In this document: one piece after another, positions 1-12,326 of the stretch
Layout: every line of letters begins with the position of its first letter
How positions within the stretch are numbered: position 1 is the stretch's first letter
NCBI RefSeq assembly: GCF_004010195.1
Contig: NC_057751.1
Coordinates: 1,314,363-1,378,362 of the forward strand
DNA length: 64,000 nucleotides
Direction of reading: 5' to 3'
Origin: Chiloscyllium plagiosum
Lineage: Eukaryota
Position numbers and translations under genes: made by a program
Notes under the pieces: generated by a model
What the model was told of the DNA's origin: nothing
Database searches by the model: none
What the model saw: the letters and a program-made list of their open reading frames with translations, nothing else

Positions 1-49
1 CAGAGATTCACCAAGGCACTGGATGGAACTGCTGACCTGCTCTTCAGAA

Positions 50-240
50 TAGGGCACTGGGATCTTTGCAAAGCTCCTGAGAGGGCAGTCAGTGCTTCAG
101 GTTCACATCTTATCTGAAAGACAGTGCCTCAGGTAGGGCAGCTTTCTGGTGGGAGGGACAGTCAGTGTGAAATGTTGATGGGGGTTCAAACCCATAACCT
201 TTCTGCTCTGAGCATGCAGTGTGCTGTCTGAGCCCCAGCT
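50..240 (-). mobile_element. Decayed SINE fragment (Deu-domain/tRNA-derived type)
   Basis: gggatcttt...ctgagagggcag...atctgaaagacagtgcctc...gggttcaaaccc...ctgagcc resembles the reverse complement of chondrichthyan DeuSINE-type repeats; from recall only. Confidence 0.35.
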
Positions 241-938
241 GACATCCTTCACTGAGAAAGAGGAACTGAAGGTCTCAAAAAACTCAAAACAGGTTCCGAG
301 ATGAAACAGCGACCGTACATGATATCAATCTGAAAGAAAGGAGCTTAAATTCTGGCAAGTCACAGCAGCAGAACCCAGCTGAGACGCTCGTGTTTCTGTG
401 GAAAAGCCGATCACATATTTACTAACAAAGTTGTCTTATTTACCAGGAATACTAAGAGCTGCAAGAACTGGGTAGTAAATGTCTTGTATCTGTAAAGTGA
501 TCGCCCGGCTCATTTTCCATCAGGAATGATGTCAGCCTCTGCCACAGGCACTGATTCTGACAGATATACTGATCCAAACGCTCCAGAAATCTCCTCCTTA
601 TCCCTGAAGAAGTCTCCCACAGACCCCCACATCCCTTCTCCCAGTGGGAGTATTATTCTGGTTGCTCTAACAAACACAGTCAGTCGGGTGTGTCAAACGC
701 TCATTAGTTCCCTGGCAAGATGCAGAGAATTTGATGGTGGAATTTTGTGAAAGGAGGGATTTCGAGCTCATTGGGATAGAGCGTTTTGGGGGAATCCTTC
801 AGCCAAGGTGGGGCAGTAGAAGGTTCCGGATTGTGTTGAGGGTGGGGGGGGACTGTGGGAGGAGCTGCTGGTCACTGGCTGCGTGCAGAATGGGAACCGT
901 GATTTCACGTTGTCTTTTTCTGTCTTGCTGCTTCCTAG

Positions 939-1147
939 ATGGTTGTGGTGTGAGTGAGGCCCGGGATCCTATCCTGGTATCTCTGCGTCACTGGCAAACG
1001 GGTGAAGACCAGGTGGCTGCCCATTGGAACTTTGAGCTTCTCAACGGCTATGGAGGCTGGCAGGTTGCAGGATGCCACATCACACATACCAAGGCCAACA
1101 TCACCAGCATGTGGTGCCACACATTCAGTAACATGGCAGTGCTGAAG
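939..1147 (+). CDS. ADGRA2: Adhesion GPCR A2 (GPR124)-like, internal exon encoding the C-terminal GAIN region and GPS motif
   Basis: Pyrimidine tract plus AG at 937-938; donor AAG|GTGAGC at 1148. Translates (x)GCGVSEARDPILVSLRHWQTGEDQVAAHWNFELLNGYGGWQVAGCHITHTKANITSMWCHTFSNMAVLK. The W...GW...GC...C..SNxAVL pattern is a GPS. GCGV and VSLRHW match GPR124 as I recall it; WNFELLNG resembles GPR125. Ends in phase 0, compatible with the exon at 9672. Confidence 0.9.
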
Positions 1148-2269
1148 GTGAGCAGATCCTGGGAGTGTCTCGGGAATACCGTTCGGACAGATTGATGGTG
1201 GTGCTTCCTTGTTGAACTGTTCAGATCCTGTCAGAACCTTCATGGCCATCCCATTGCAAGTGCCCATCCCCAGGTCTCCCTCACCCATCCTTCCCTCTGG
1301 TGTCTCTATCGCTTCTCTTCCAGGAACAGCTGGATGTTTAAATTCTCGTGTCACTGAACTGATGGCATCACGGCCTCCCAGCTCTCGGCCTCTGTAACAG
1401 TCCCCTCCCTCGCTCTGAACCCTTTTGGACCAGGGAGGAAGTGGCTCTGGGAATCAGCAGCTGTGGAGGGAGTCCTGTGAGCTAGCACTGAGCTGTGCTG
1501 CTTGTCTGTCTGTGCTCAGGTGAAGCATGCCAGGCACTCCCTTCCCAGGGAAGGGAAAAATGGCCATAGTTTAAGGTCTTGCACCGGGAGGAGACAGGTC
1601 TCAATGTTTTGAACTTCTCCAGGTCTCCTGACATTCCCCGTCTGAAGGAAGGCAGCAGTGCCTCTGAGAGTCCATCCACACCAGAACCACTGCCCCAGTT
1701 TCGAGGTCAGTTACCAGTGTCCCTGCCAGTCAACCTCCGAACAGGTGGCTGAAGAAGAGACGCACTGTCTGGTCAGGGACTCGTGACATTGGAACTGACA
1801 GCTTTCACCAAGCTAAGCCTCGTCGCATCTGCGCCAATTGAATAGATTCACATCAGTGTTTAGTTTATAACTCTGTAGGTTCGGCACTGGGGGTTTCCTT
1901 TCTCATTTCCACCAAGAATTCTTGAATGATACACATTAATCTGAAAGTTTTCTCCTTCTGTAAGGCTGTCCCATTCCAGGATTCTGGTTACTTTCCCCTC
2001 CTTCCAAACTTATTCAGCTGGTTGGTTGAGTTTGGAATGAGACCCGGTGAGGCCCACTGCTAACAGCTTCACATTAGGCAATCTTCATGTTTCTGTTCCC
2101 TCAGCAGATTCACACAAGGATTAAATCTACCTTGCACACAGCCAGTGGCTGACAGGGAAGCTCAGTGTCAATGCCACTTACATTGGCTCTCTCTCCTCTG
2201 CAGACCACATCAATGGGTCCAAGCTGAAAGGAACTCTTCCAGCAATACCCCCTCCCCCAGCCCGGAAGG

Positions 2270-3935
2270 AGGCCATTCAGCCCAGCCAGCCTGACCTGAG
2301 CCTTCTAATGAGCTGGTGCTAATCTCCTGTTCCTTCCCCATAACCTTGCACATTCTTTGTGTTTAAATAATGATCTCCTGTTGATTGAAGCCAAGCTTAC
2401 CTGCACCTCCATACCCTGATTACTCACTGAGTGAAAAAGCTTTCCCCTCACCTCACATTTGTGTCTTTGGCAAATCACTTTCAATCTGTGCCTGAGAGTC
2501 GAGATCAATGAACGTGTGGGAAGAGTTTCTCTTGATGTACTTATTCCATCACTCCCTGTGGTCTTGAAAACCTCACTCAAATCTCCTCTCAGCCTCCTTC
2601 TCTCCATCTCCTCTCAGCCTCCTTCTCTCCATCTCCTCTCAGCCTCCTTGTCTCCAAGGCGAACATTTCAAACTTCTTCAACCTGTCCTCATCCCTGGAA
2701 AGACTCTTGGAAATCCCTCCTACACTCTCTCCAATGTGTTCCCATCTTTCCCATAATGTAACACCCCCAGGTGGACACATTCCTCCAGCTGAGGTCTAAC
2801 AAGTGTCTTATACAAACTCGCCATCACCTCCTTGCTCTTGTACTCGCTGCTGTTATCTCTAAAGCTGAGAACACTGTCTGCTTTACTTACTGCTCTCTCC
2901 ACCTGTCCTGCCACCTTCACTGACCTGTTTGTGGAAACACTCAGGAACCTCTGCTCCGTTGGAATGGTACCCTTGATTTTAGATTGTCTTTCAGTGCATC
3001 ATCTCCGATTTCTCTCACTGTCACCTATCCACCTACTCAATGCCATAGAGTCATGGAGCCCTTCGGCCCAAAGTGTCCATTCACACTAACCCCATCTCCG
3101 TGCACTTGGCCCATATACTTCTAAACCTTTCCTATCCATGTATTTCTCCAAACCCTGGGAAAAAGACTGAGTGCATTCACCCTATCCATGCCTCTCATGA
3201 TCTTATACAGTTCGATAAGGTGTCCTTCGCACCACCCCCCCCCTCCAACCAGTCTCCTACACTCTAAAGAAAATGTCCTGGCTTGTTCAGTCTCTCCAAC
3301 TCAGACCCATGAGTCCTGGCAACATCCTTGTAAATTTCTTCTGTACTCTTTCCAGTTTAATAACATCCTTCCTACAGCAAGGTGACCAAAACTGAACACA
3401 ATACTCCAAGTGTGGTCTCACCAACATCCTGTACAACTGCAATATGACTTCCCAACGTCTATACGCAGTGCCCTGACTGATGAAGGCTAGTGTGCCAAAG
3501 GCCTTCTTCACTGCCCTGTCTACCTGGGACTCCACTTTGAGAGAACTTTGAACCTGAACTCTATGGTCCCTCTGTTCTACTGCATTTCTTCACCATTCAC
3601 CATGAAACTCCTACTTTAATTTGACGTCCCCAAATACAAGACCTCACACTTATCTGTATTAAACTCCATTTGCCATTTCTCGGCCCACCTCCCCATCTGG
3701 TCAAGGTTCTGCTGCAATTACTGATAACCTTCCTCACTGTCCCTGATACCGACTATTTTAGTGTCATCAGCAAACTTACTAATCATGCCTTGTACATTCT
3801 TATCCAAATCGTTGATATAGATAACAAACAGCAGTGGGGCCAGCACGGAGCCCTGAAGCACTCCACCAGTCGCAGGCCTCCAGTCTGACAAGTATCCTTA
3901 CACTATTACCCTCTGCTTCCTACCATCAAGCCAAA
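2270..3935 (-). mobile_element. Two adjacent CR1 LINE 3' fragments
   Basis: Minus ORFs with CR1 RT C-terminal motifs ERRRLRGDL, LYKTLVRPQLE and LVRPHLEYCVQFWSP. Confidence 0.9.
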
Positions 3936-4272
3936 TGGTAGTTCCACGCTATCCTCCTCAGAGTTTCCAATTCTTCCTAATTCTTCCAAGGTTGCTGTCA
4001 TTTGCAAACTCTGAAAGTGTCCCCTGCATACCAAAACCTAGATCATGAACCTAATTCAGGAAAACCTATCATCGACCTGTGGGGAACTCCACAATAAAAC
4101 TTGCTCTCGCCTGAACAATGTCCATTCACTGTAACTCTCTGTTTCCTATCAGTCATTCAGTCTTGGATCAACATTGCCACTCTCCGTTGTATACCATGAT
4201 CGAGACCCTTCCTCACAAATCAGTCGTATGGCTCTGTGTTGAGCACCTTCTGCAAATCCACATACACCACGT

Positions 4273-4560
4273 GAACAGCATTTCCCTTATTCTGCCTTCC
4301 TGTTTCCTCTTCATAAAACGCCAGTAAGTTCATTCAAGTTAGCGGTTGGCGATGGTCGGGTGGTATTGCTGTTGGACTGTTAATCCTGAGAGCTGGAAAT
4401 GTGTTGCTGGAAAAGCGCAGCAGGTCAGGCAGCATCCAGGGGAACAGCATTTCCCTTATTCTGCCTTCCTGTTTCCTCTTCATAAAACGCCAGTAAGTTC
4501 ATTCAAGTTAGCGGTCGGCGATGGTCGGGTGGTATTGCTGTTGGACTGTTAATCCTGAGA
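4273..4560. repeat. 119-bp direct duplication (4273-4391, 4442-4560) around a 50-bp Penelope-derived fragment
   Basis: The two copies differ at one position I could see (gcggttggc vs gcggtcggc). The insert gctggaaatgtgttgctggaaaagcgcagcaggtcaggcagcatccaggg matches the abundant short repeat of this window. Confidence 0.9.
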
Positions 4561-4850
4561 CCCAGGTAATGTCCTGGGAATTCAGGTTCAAGTCCCACCA
4601 TGGCAGATGGTGAAATTAAATTCAATTATATAAAAGTCTGGAATTAAAAGTCTAATTATAGTGTAAATCCATTGTCGAGTATTGGGGAAAGCCCATCTGG
4701 TTCAGGAAAGCAATCTGCCACCCTTACCTGGTCTGGCCTATATGTGACTCCAGACCCACAGTGATGTGGTTGGCTCTTAACTGCCCCCTGGGCAATTAGG
4801 GATGGACAATAAATGCTGGCGACACTCTCAACCTATGAATGAATTATTTA
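4530..4850 (+). mobile_element. tRNA-derived SINE
   Basis: tRNA-like head with B-box-like ggttcaagtccc. Body gtctggcctatatgtgactccagacccaca has reverse-oriented relatives near 17680 and 29650. Confidence 0.6.
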
Positions 4851-5229
4851 AAAATTCAACATCCTTTCCCTGTTAGAAATCCATGCGGACTCTTCCAAAT
4901 CAAACCAACTATTTCCTATGGGACTGCTGACTCTATCCTCAATCACTGGAAATAAAGCTGACTGATTTCAGTCAATGGCTTTTATCGCTTTTCATGTTTC
5001 ATTCATTTGGTTCTCCACTTCTGCCAGCTGTGTTCCTTCTCAGGTATTGGTGAGGTTTTAACAACCTCTGTCTGGGAGCCCTCCCTCTGCTATTTTGCTG
5101 TTTCGCACCGACAGGAAGTTGGGATTTGAGGTCGCCTCACTTTACTGCTGTGTTGATTTCAATTGAACACCATTGGCCTGACTTCCTGTTCAGTCACTTC
5201 CTGTCTACTCCAGCACTTTTCACCCTCAG

Positions 5230-5620
5230 TCCATTAGAACAGGAATAGGAGGAGGCCATTCGGCCCGTCGTGCCTGCTCTTCCATTCAGTAGGACCATGG
5301 CTGGTCAGACACACCTCACATCCACTTCTCTGCCCTTTCCCTGTGACCCTTGATTCCGCTGATCAAGAATCTATCCGTCTCAGCCTTAAATAGACACAAG
5401 GACGCTGCCCCGACAGCTCTCTGTGGCAAGGAATTCCAAAGGCTCATGACCCACTGAGAAAACAAATTCCATCCTCATGTCTGTCTTAAACTGAGGGTGT
5501 ACCCTCTGGTCCTACACTGCCCCAAGAGGGGAAACATCCTCTCAGCATTGACCCTGTCAAGCCCCTGAAGAAGCCGAGACATTTCAATGAGATCACCTCT
5601 CTGTCTTCTACACTCCAGTG
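5230..5620 (-). mobile_element. CR1 LINE 3' fragment
   Basis: agaacaggaataggaggaggccattcggccc 3' tail plus degraded RT C-terminus. Confidence 0.75.
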
Positions 5621-6054
5621 TGTAGACTCTGTACCTGTGTCCCTGTGCGACCTACCTTGGCTCCTGGCTTTCAGGTCTCACTCTGCCTCTATCCTAGATT
5701 TCCCTTCTCCTCCGAACTTCACTCCTTGGGTTTTGTAACTCTCCCAGTCTTTACGTTTCCCACAGAATTCCAGAGTTGCTTCCCAACCTTGCTTCCCAAC
5801 CTTCCCTTCAGTACTGGCCTTGCCTCCCGGTCTCCCTCTCTCTCCCCTTGAGGTTCTGGCCATTCTTCTCTTGGCTCTTTGCTCTGTGACTAGCATCATC
5901 GATTCCTGAACGTGCAAGCTCTGGTCTCCATTCAACGACAGGAGTTAGTCAATGTGGGCTCTCCACCTGCACTGACCAGTGTCTGCCACAGGATGCAGCC
6001 TGGTCTCTGCACATGGACACAATTGTTTGGTGGGTGTATTTTTAAAGATGTACT

Positions 6055-7165
6055 TGTGATAATCCCAAAATGGTGTTAGTTAGATTAGATTAGATTCCCA
6101 CTGACAAATCAGATCCCACAGTGACGCCTGGTTTGATAAGAGCCTAACTTGGATTTTGTTTACCAGTGAAGGTCAGCTACTGACCACATTCACAAGCTCT
6201 TCCATGTTTCACTCAAACTGGAAAAGCCATGAACTGTAATGTTACTCACTAAGAAAGGTTGGAAAGATTGCATTACAAACGCCTAAAATGGTTTCAAACC
6301 AACTCTGTCTTTCTCGCTGTGCAACATTCTCACACTCTGACCCAGCATAACGTCAGTACTCTCTCGCCCACAATCACATCGGGGCATCTTCTCGCAGTTC
6401 ATTCAGTTTGGAGTTTGGAATTTGAACTGGGGAATTGGGCTGTCAGAGTGAAGCTGTTTAATGATTAATGCTGTGACATTTTTAAACCAGCCTGAGAGTG
6501 ATAGTGTGGCTAGGGTGATAAAGGGAATTTGTTTGCATTGTCATTGGGAGAGGTTTATAAATAGATGGAGGAAACATTGAGCTTGCCTTCAGTTGGAAAA
6601 ATTTCATTTTGTGTAAGTCTTGGTTGGAGTTAGATGCACAATCACAGCCCCTCCTGAAGAAATGAAATATTTCAGAACAGTGACCACTGTGTAAGGATTT
6701 TAGTTTCATAGTTCCAGACGAGACATGTTTGATGGGAACACTGAAGAGATTATTCAAAGCTGAGAAAGTCATAGCTCAATTGTGTGAATAATTGAGGAAG
6801 AGGTTATCAAGCTCCCAAGATACATAATGAAAAGAAACAGTTAAATCCCAAGTATAGGTTGTAACAGTGAAGGGAATTCTGTCTGGTGTTTGAGTACTGG
6901 AAAGTGATTATTTTAGAATAGATGAAATTGGAATTTTACTCTGTGTTTCACCTTGTGCTATATGAAATGGATTTGTTTATTTTATTTCATGTGTTCTTTT
7001 CAGAATTTACTTGTGTCTTTCTGTTAAAAGTAGATTGGCAACATCCTGTTGTTGTGTTTCAGTGAAAGAGCAGCCCATTAAATTTTAAAATGCTAATGTC
7101 TCCAGCCCAGTTTCAGTCCAGGATCTGACTTGTGCAGTAATAATACCAGCAAGGGGTCATGCTGC
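6055..7165. mobile_element. Possible solo LTR
   Basis: Starts TGTGAT; non-coding, AT-rich LTR-like composition; termini and TSD not convincingly resolved. Confidence 0.3.
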
Positions 7166-7329
7166 CACACAAAAAATTCTTTCTCAGCCTGCAACAATCA
7201 CAACCAGTTTCCTTCCTGCAAATTTCTCCATGTTACCAGAAGGTATTTCTTCAGCGAGTATCTCTCCCGAGATACCGAAAGCAAACCGTGAGTTAAACTT
7301 CCTCATCGCTTAACTTTAGAGCCAGTTCC

Positions 7330-7880
7330 AACAATTTTGCAGGGTGTCCTGGTGATGTATATAGTCTTTGTCTCCTTACTTGAGAAAGAATGTAGTGGCA
7401 CTGGAGGGGGTGCAGAGGAAGTTCACTGGGGTGATTCTAGAGTTGAGGGGGGTCAGCTGATGAGGAGAGACTGAGTAGATTGGGACCATACTCATTGGAA
7501 TTTAGAAGAATGTGGAGAGGGGTAGGGGGGAAATCTCACGGAAAGATCTAAAATGATGAGGGGAATATGTAAGATCGAAGCAGGGTGGTTGTTTCCACTG
7601 GTGGGTGAAACTAGAACTCGGGGGGTGTAGTCTCCTCTAAGTGAGGGAAGCGGATTTCGGACTGAGTTGAGGAGGAACTTCTTCACCCAAAGGGTTATGA
7701 ATCTGTGGGATTCCCCACCCCCAGGCAAGCAGTTCAGGCGACCTTGGTGAATGTTTTTCAAGGCAGTTTAGGAATTACGGGTTATGGTGAGTGGGTGAGT
7801 AAGTGGAGCTGAGTCCACGAGAAAGTCAGCCATTATCTTATTGAATGGTCAATCAAGGAGTCAGATGGCCTACTCCTTAT
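7330..7880 (+). mobile_element. CR1 LINE 3' fragment
   Basis: ttgaggaggaacttcttcacccaaagggtt (RRNFFTQRV) and the gatggcctactcct tail. Confidence 0.8.
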
Positions 7881-8199
7881 GTTGTGTTCACTTCTCTGAC
7901 ATACCCACACACCGATTCCCTTCTGTATTTCCCTGTCTGTCTGTCTCTCTCTCCCTGGACCCCTGTTGTGAGATAGCAGCATTGTTTTCCACCTATCTTT
8001 TCAATGTTCGAAATTACAAGCCTGCTTTTACCGGTCATAAAACCTCAGTAAAATGCCTCCTCAGAGCAACAACTCTGAGTGAAGCAATGTCTCCCATTCT
8101 TAACACACAAAATACAAAACTTCAATTGAATGTATTCCTCATACAGTATTCCTGGATTTTTGTTTTTACTGTCTGCATCTTATTGTAATTTATGTTATG

Positions 8200-8415
8200 T
8201 TAAAGTTAAAAATCACCCAACGCCAGGTTATAGTCCAACAGGTTTATTTGGAAACACTAGCTTTCGGAGCGACGCTCCTTCATCAGGTAGCTAGTGGATA
8301 GGACACAGAATTTATAAGTAAAAGATGAAAGTGTCAGACAACTGGTACGATGTATTGAACAAACCTAGATTGCTGTGAGGTCTTTAATTGCTGAGAATGG
8401 GGATGAGGTTTCAAG
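8200..8415 (-). mobile_element. Penelope-like element terminal fragment (family B) with hammerhead core
   Basis: Shares ccaggttatagtccaacagg with copies near 20180, 43390, 44690 and 61670. Confidence 0.7.
8255..8289 (-). ncRNA. Minimal hammerhead ribozyme motif (family B)
   Basis: Minus strand tacCTGATGAa-GGAGC-gtc-GCTCC-GAAA-GCTA-gtg: CUGAUGA core, perfect 5-bp stem II, GAAA, palindromic AGCT stem III, CUA triplet, short stem I (tac/gtg). Confidence 0.65.
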
Positions 8416-8609
8416 GTACATTGTGTGTCCCATCAGCTGGAAACACACAGTTCTGTACATCTGTGGCTCGTGATTTAAAATTGCACATTGTTGTCTTTCT
8501 GAGGGAAACATGTACCTGGGAACGTAACTCCAGCTTTAACACAGATTCCTTCGGGAACCCCAGATTCACTTACAGTTGTTTCACTGAAAGTTGTGACCTT
8601 CAGAAATGT

Positions 8610-8812
8610 GGAGAAAGTGAGGACTGCAGATGCTGGAGATCAGAGCTGAAAAATGTGTTGCTGGAAAAGCGCAGCAGGTCAGGCAGCATCCAAGGAACAG
8701 GAGAATCGACGTTTCGGGCATAAGCCTGAAGAAGGGCTCATGCCCGAAACGTCGATTCTCCTGCTCCTTGGATGCTGCCTGACCTGCTGCGCTTTTCCAG
8801 CAACACATTTTT
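8610..8812. mobile_element. Inverted pair of Penelope-derived family A repeats
   Basis: About 8650-8725 is the reverse complement of about 8735-8812. The plus arm has CTGAAGAaGGGCtcatGCCCGAAACGTC at 8726-8753. Confidence 0.8.
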
Positions 8813-8853
8813 CAACACCTTCAGAAATGTGGCCATCACTTTCAATGTGGACT

Positions 8854-9108
8854 TTAGATTAGATTACATTACAGCGTGGAAACAGGCCCTTCGGCCCAAC
8901 AAGTCCACACCGACCCGCCNNNNNNNNNNNNNNNNNNNNNNNNNNNNNNNNNNNNNNNNNNNNNGAAACCGGAGCACCCGGAGGAAACCCACGCAGACAC
9001 GGGGAGAACGTGCAAACTCCACACAGTCAGTCGCCTGAGGCAGGAATTGAACCCGGGTCTCTGGCGCTGTGAGGCAGCAGTGCTAACCACTGTGCCACCG
9101 TGCCGCCC
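8854..9108 (-). mobile_element. HE1-type elasmobranch SINE (interrupted by a 45-N gap)
   Basis: Minus strand begins gggcggcacggtggcacagtggttagcactgctgcctcacagcgccagagacccgggttcaattcc (tRNA A/B boxes) and ends in a CR1-like tail with (aatct)n. Confidence 0.85.
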
Positions 9109-9671
9109 TTAATGTGAAGCTTCATCGATCTATTCTGAAAGCTTCAAGTTCTCTTTGAAAACACATGAACCATAAGATAGACAGTCACAACAGTTGTAAA
9201 GAAGTTGTACAGATAGATTGAAGTGACTTCCTGAGGTGGCCAAAGGTACATGAGCCAGGCTGTTCAGGATCAGGAATGTCAGGAAGCACTCCTTCAAATA
9301 ACGGAGTGGAAATCCGGAACGCCACCCAGAAAGCTGTTGAGGCTGGAGGTCAGCAGTCGAGCTTAAAACTGAGCATGATTGATCACCACTGGGAAATTCA
9401 CAATGGGCTCCAAAAACAAGATGCTAGATAGAACGCAAACAGAGGTCTGCAGTGATCTCACTGAATGAGGGAGTAGTGTCGAGGGGCTGAAGGGCCTGCT
9501 CCGATTCTGATGTCACTTATCTGAGGTTGTCTTCATGGCACTGAAGTGATGGGCAAGAAACGTCAAGCTCACCATGAAGGAGCCAGATGGAAAGAGTGTT
9601 CCCGGGAAAGATGAGGAGCTTTGTAATGTGGTGACCTGTGTAATCCCTTGTTCACTGTGCTCTCCTTCCAG

Positions 9672-9799
9672 AAGATAAGGAACCAGCCTGTGCCAACTCC
9701 TGGTGCCATCCAAGCTCTCCACCCTATTATCTACAGCTGCACCGTGGTCCTCTTGATATGCCTCTTCATTGCCATCATTACCTACATCCTGAAGCACAA
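9672..9799 (+). CDS. ADGRA2: ADGRA2-like internal exon, TM1
   Basis: tctccttccAG| acceptor; |GTAAGT donor at 9800; 128 bp. Translates KIRNQPVPTPGAIQALHPIIYSCTVVLLICLFIAIITYILKH plus AA, matching ADGRA TM1 (GPR124 [27 protein letters not shown]). Phase 2 end joins the next exon as AA|C = Asn. Confidence 0.92.
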
Positions 9800-10881
9800 G
9801 TAAGTTACTAACTGCACTTCGTGTGCCAATGGTTTAAATGGGTTACTTGCAACGTACAACACAGAAACTGGCCATTCAGCCCATCTGCTTCATGCTGCTG
9901 TTAAACTCCAACTATCCAATTTGCTTCACCTCAGCCAATCAGAATGCTGTCTGAATTCTGGCCCGGTCCCCAGTTGGTGGAAGGGGCTGCCACTCACCTG
10001 TTTCCTGGTGCCCTCAGAATGGCTTTCCCTTGGGAAGTTATGGGAAGCGTTCACTACAGCAGGAGGCTCGCTAATATGGGATTGAGGAGAGCTTCACCGT
10101 GTAGGTGTGTCTTATCAGTCTCTGAGAAGACTCACTTGGCTCTGGGCTTGAGGCATCTACCCCATTCCCACCCTCTATCCCCTCCGTCCCCTCCAAACTC
10201 TCCATACTGGATCAAGGTTCAGCCCAGGTTTTGCTCAAATGGTCACCTTTTCCAATGTAGACCGAGGCCATGGTTGTATCACTGGATTCATCACCCTGAG
10301 GAGCAGGATAACACTTCAGGAACAGAGAATCAGGATCCCCCAGGTTTCTTTCAGACTTGCTGGGCCCAATGGTCTCTTGCCACACTGCAGGGAATCTGGC
10401 TTCACTCTCCATGAAACCATCATTGATTGGTTTAGGGAGGGGAAACTTGCTCTCTTTACCCAGTCACGTGACTCTGGACTTGGAGAGAGACCTGGGCTGC
10501 CTCTGAACTGCCCTCAGTAATGCCCAAGCAAGGCACTCAGTTCCTGGGGGCAGTTTGGATAGGTCAGCCAATCCTGGCTTTGCCAGCAGCACCCATGATG
10601 CATGAAGGAAAGAAGGATAGAAATTCCCATTGGGAACGCCATCGTGTTCAGGCTGACACTCCTGTCATGTTCAACGACATTGTCCATTCATTCAGTGTGT
10701 CTGGGTTAACCTGCCTCAGCAACATGGGAGCTTGGGCAGGTCCACATGACCCCCAGTGGGGGAGATGACCAATGCTGATCTGCCGTTACCTCAATGCCAG
10801 AGAGGAGGTGGGGTGGCATTAGGTCGAACCGCTCTGACCCTGCAGCTGTGTGCGCGATTTAATCCCATCATCTTTTTCCAG

Positions 10882-11005
10882 CACAATCCGGGTCTCCAGG
10901 AAGAATTGGCACATGCTCCTGAACCTGTGGTTTCACATCTCGATGACGTGTGCTGTGTTCACCGGTGGGATCAATCGGACTGAGTATGGACTGATCTGCC
11001 AAGTG
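10882..11005 (+). CDS. ADGRA2: ADGRA2-like internal exon, ICL1-TM2-ECL1
   Basis: tctttttccAG| acceptor; GTG|GTGAGT donor at 11006; 124 bp. Translates [41 protein letters not shown], close to GPR124 [29 protein letters not shown]. Frame is continuous with the 9672-9799 exon. Confidence 0.93.
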
Positions 11006-11354
11006 GTGAGTGCTGATTGGAGCTGCACTGAACGGTGGGTGTGAGGTACAGACTCTGGCCTACAGACACATGTCCCATTCTGCCACTGCTGCTAGGAATT
11101 TCCGTGCTCACTGTTCCCACTGAGCTGGGAAGAGAGTGACTGTTCCATGATGTGTCACGATGTATCCGAAATCCCAAAAAGAGTGCCGGGGGGAGGGGTG
11201 GGGTGGGGGTGTCCCATTTGCATGCCTGACTGATATTGAGGACTAAAACAGTTCACCCCAGTGTCTCTCACATGAACAGAACTTCACTTTAACAAAAGGC
11301 AAGAAGGCAGGATTTCTTCTGATATTACTGTGCAACATCAACCCTCCCCCTTTA

Positions 11355-11410
11355 ACACACACACACACACACACACACTCGCACACTTACACACACACTC
11401 ACACTCACTC
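11355..11410. repeat. (CA)n microsatellite
   Basis: Read directly from the sequence. Confidence 0.95.
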
Positions 11411-12326
11411 TCGCCCTCACCTTCCCCCCTCCCTGCACCACCTCCCTCTCAATGAAGACAGATAACAGACAGATGGACTGACCCATATACCGTGAGTGGA
11501 AATGTAGACAGGGTAAAGAGGATTCTAAAGTCAGGAATTGTGTGAAAAGCCCAGCAGTACTGGCCACACCTCATAGAGTCATAGTGTCCTACAGCACGAA
11601 GACAGGCCCTTCCGTCTAAACTGGTCCATGTCGTCCGAAATGTTCATCAATGTTACTTGGTTTGATGTCTTTCTCCCACACAGGGAGGAGGGTGGGGAGA
11701 GACAGAGAGGAGAGGGGGGGAGGAGATGGATGCTTTCGGTTTACAGCCTCTGGACATTTTGTCCCTCAGTACAGCTCCACCAATCAGAAGGCTGTTGCCA
11801 GGTAACATTTCCTTCACTCTCTCAGTGCCATTCAGTGTGTCCGTCACTGCTTCCAATAGCAACATGGTCTGGACAGCCAAACAGGTATGATTTCAAATGA
11901 CAAAACTCCCTTGCCATTGCAGTTATCCAGCAGTCCAATGTTCATTTCAGATTATCATACCAACAGGGAAAAACATGTGGTCTTACACAGTTGGAGCCTG
12001 CCAGGTACAAATCCGAACAAAGTAATTGTAGCAGACAACAAGTCCACTCAAAATGATAATTTCACAACTGTCAACCTGTCACTTAAAGACAACCCTGAGT
12101 AAGAGAACATCACACAACCTTTCACTTGAACTTTCTGAGACTGCTTATCGTTGACCTGCCCTGAGCAACACACAGAGATCCATAGTATATTCAGGACATT
12201 CAAAGACAGTGAAAGTTGCTGTAACTCTCCCATGTCAGGTAGTTTCCCTGCCTGCCTATTACTGTCAATTACTTATATTTGATTCAATCACCCCCCATCC
12301 GGCAGCCACTCTGTCGCTGCCGTGGC

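Noticed and set aside
935..1354. 139-aa minus-strand ORF and the full 731-1195 plus ORF as stand-alone genes
   Set aside because: Only 939-1147 is supported, as a spliced ADGRA exon; the minus ORF is its antisense shadow.
9513..9797. 94-aa minus ORF
   Set aside because: Antisense to the ADGRA TM1 exon.
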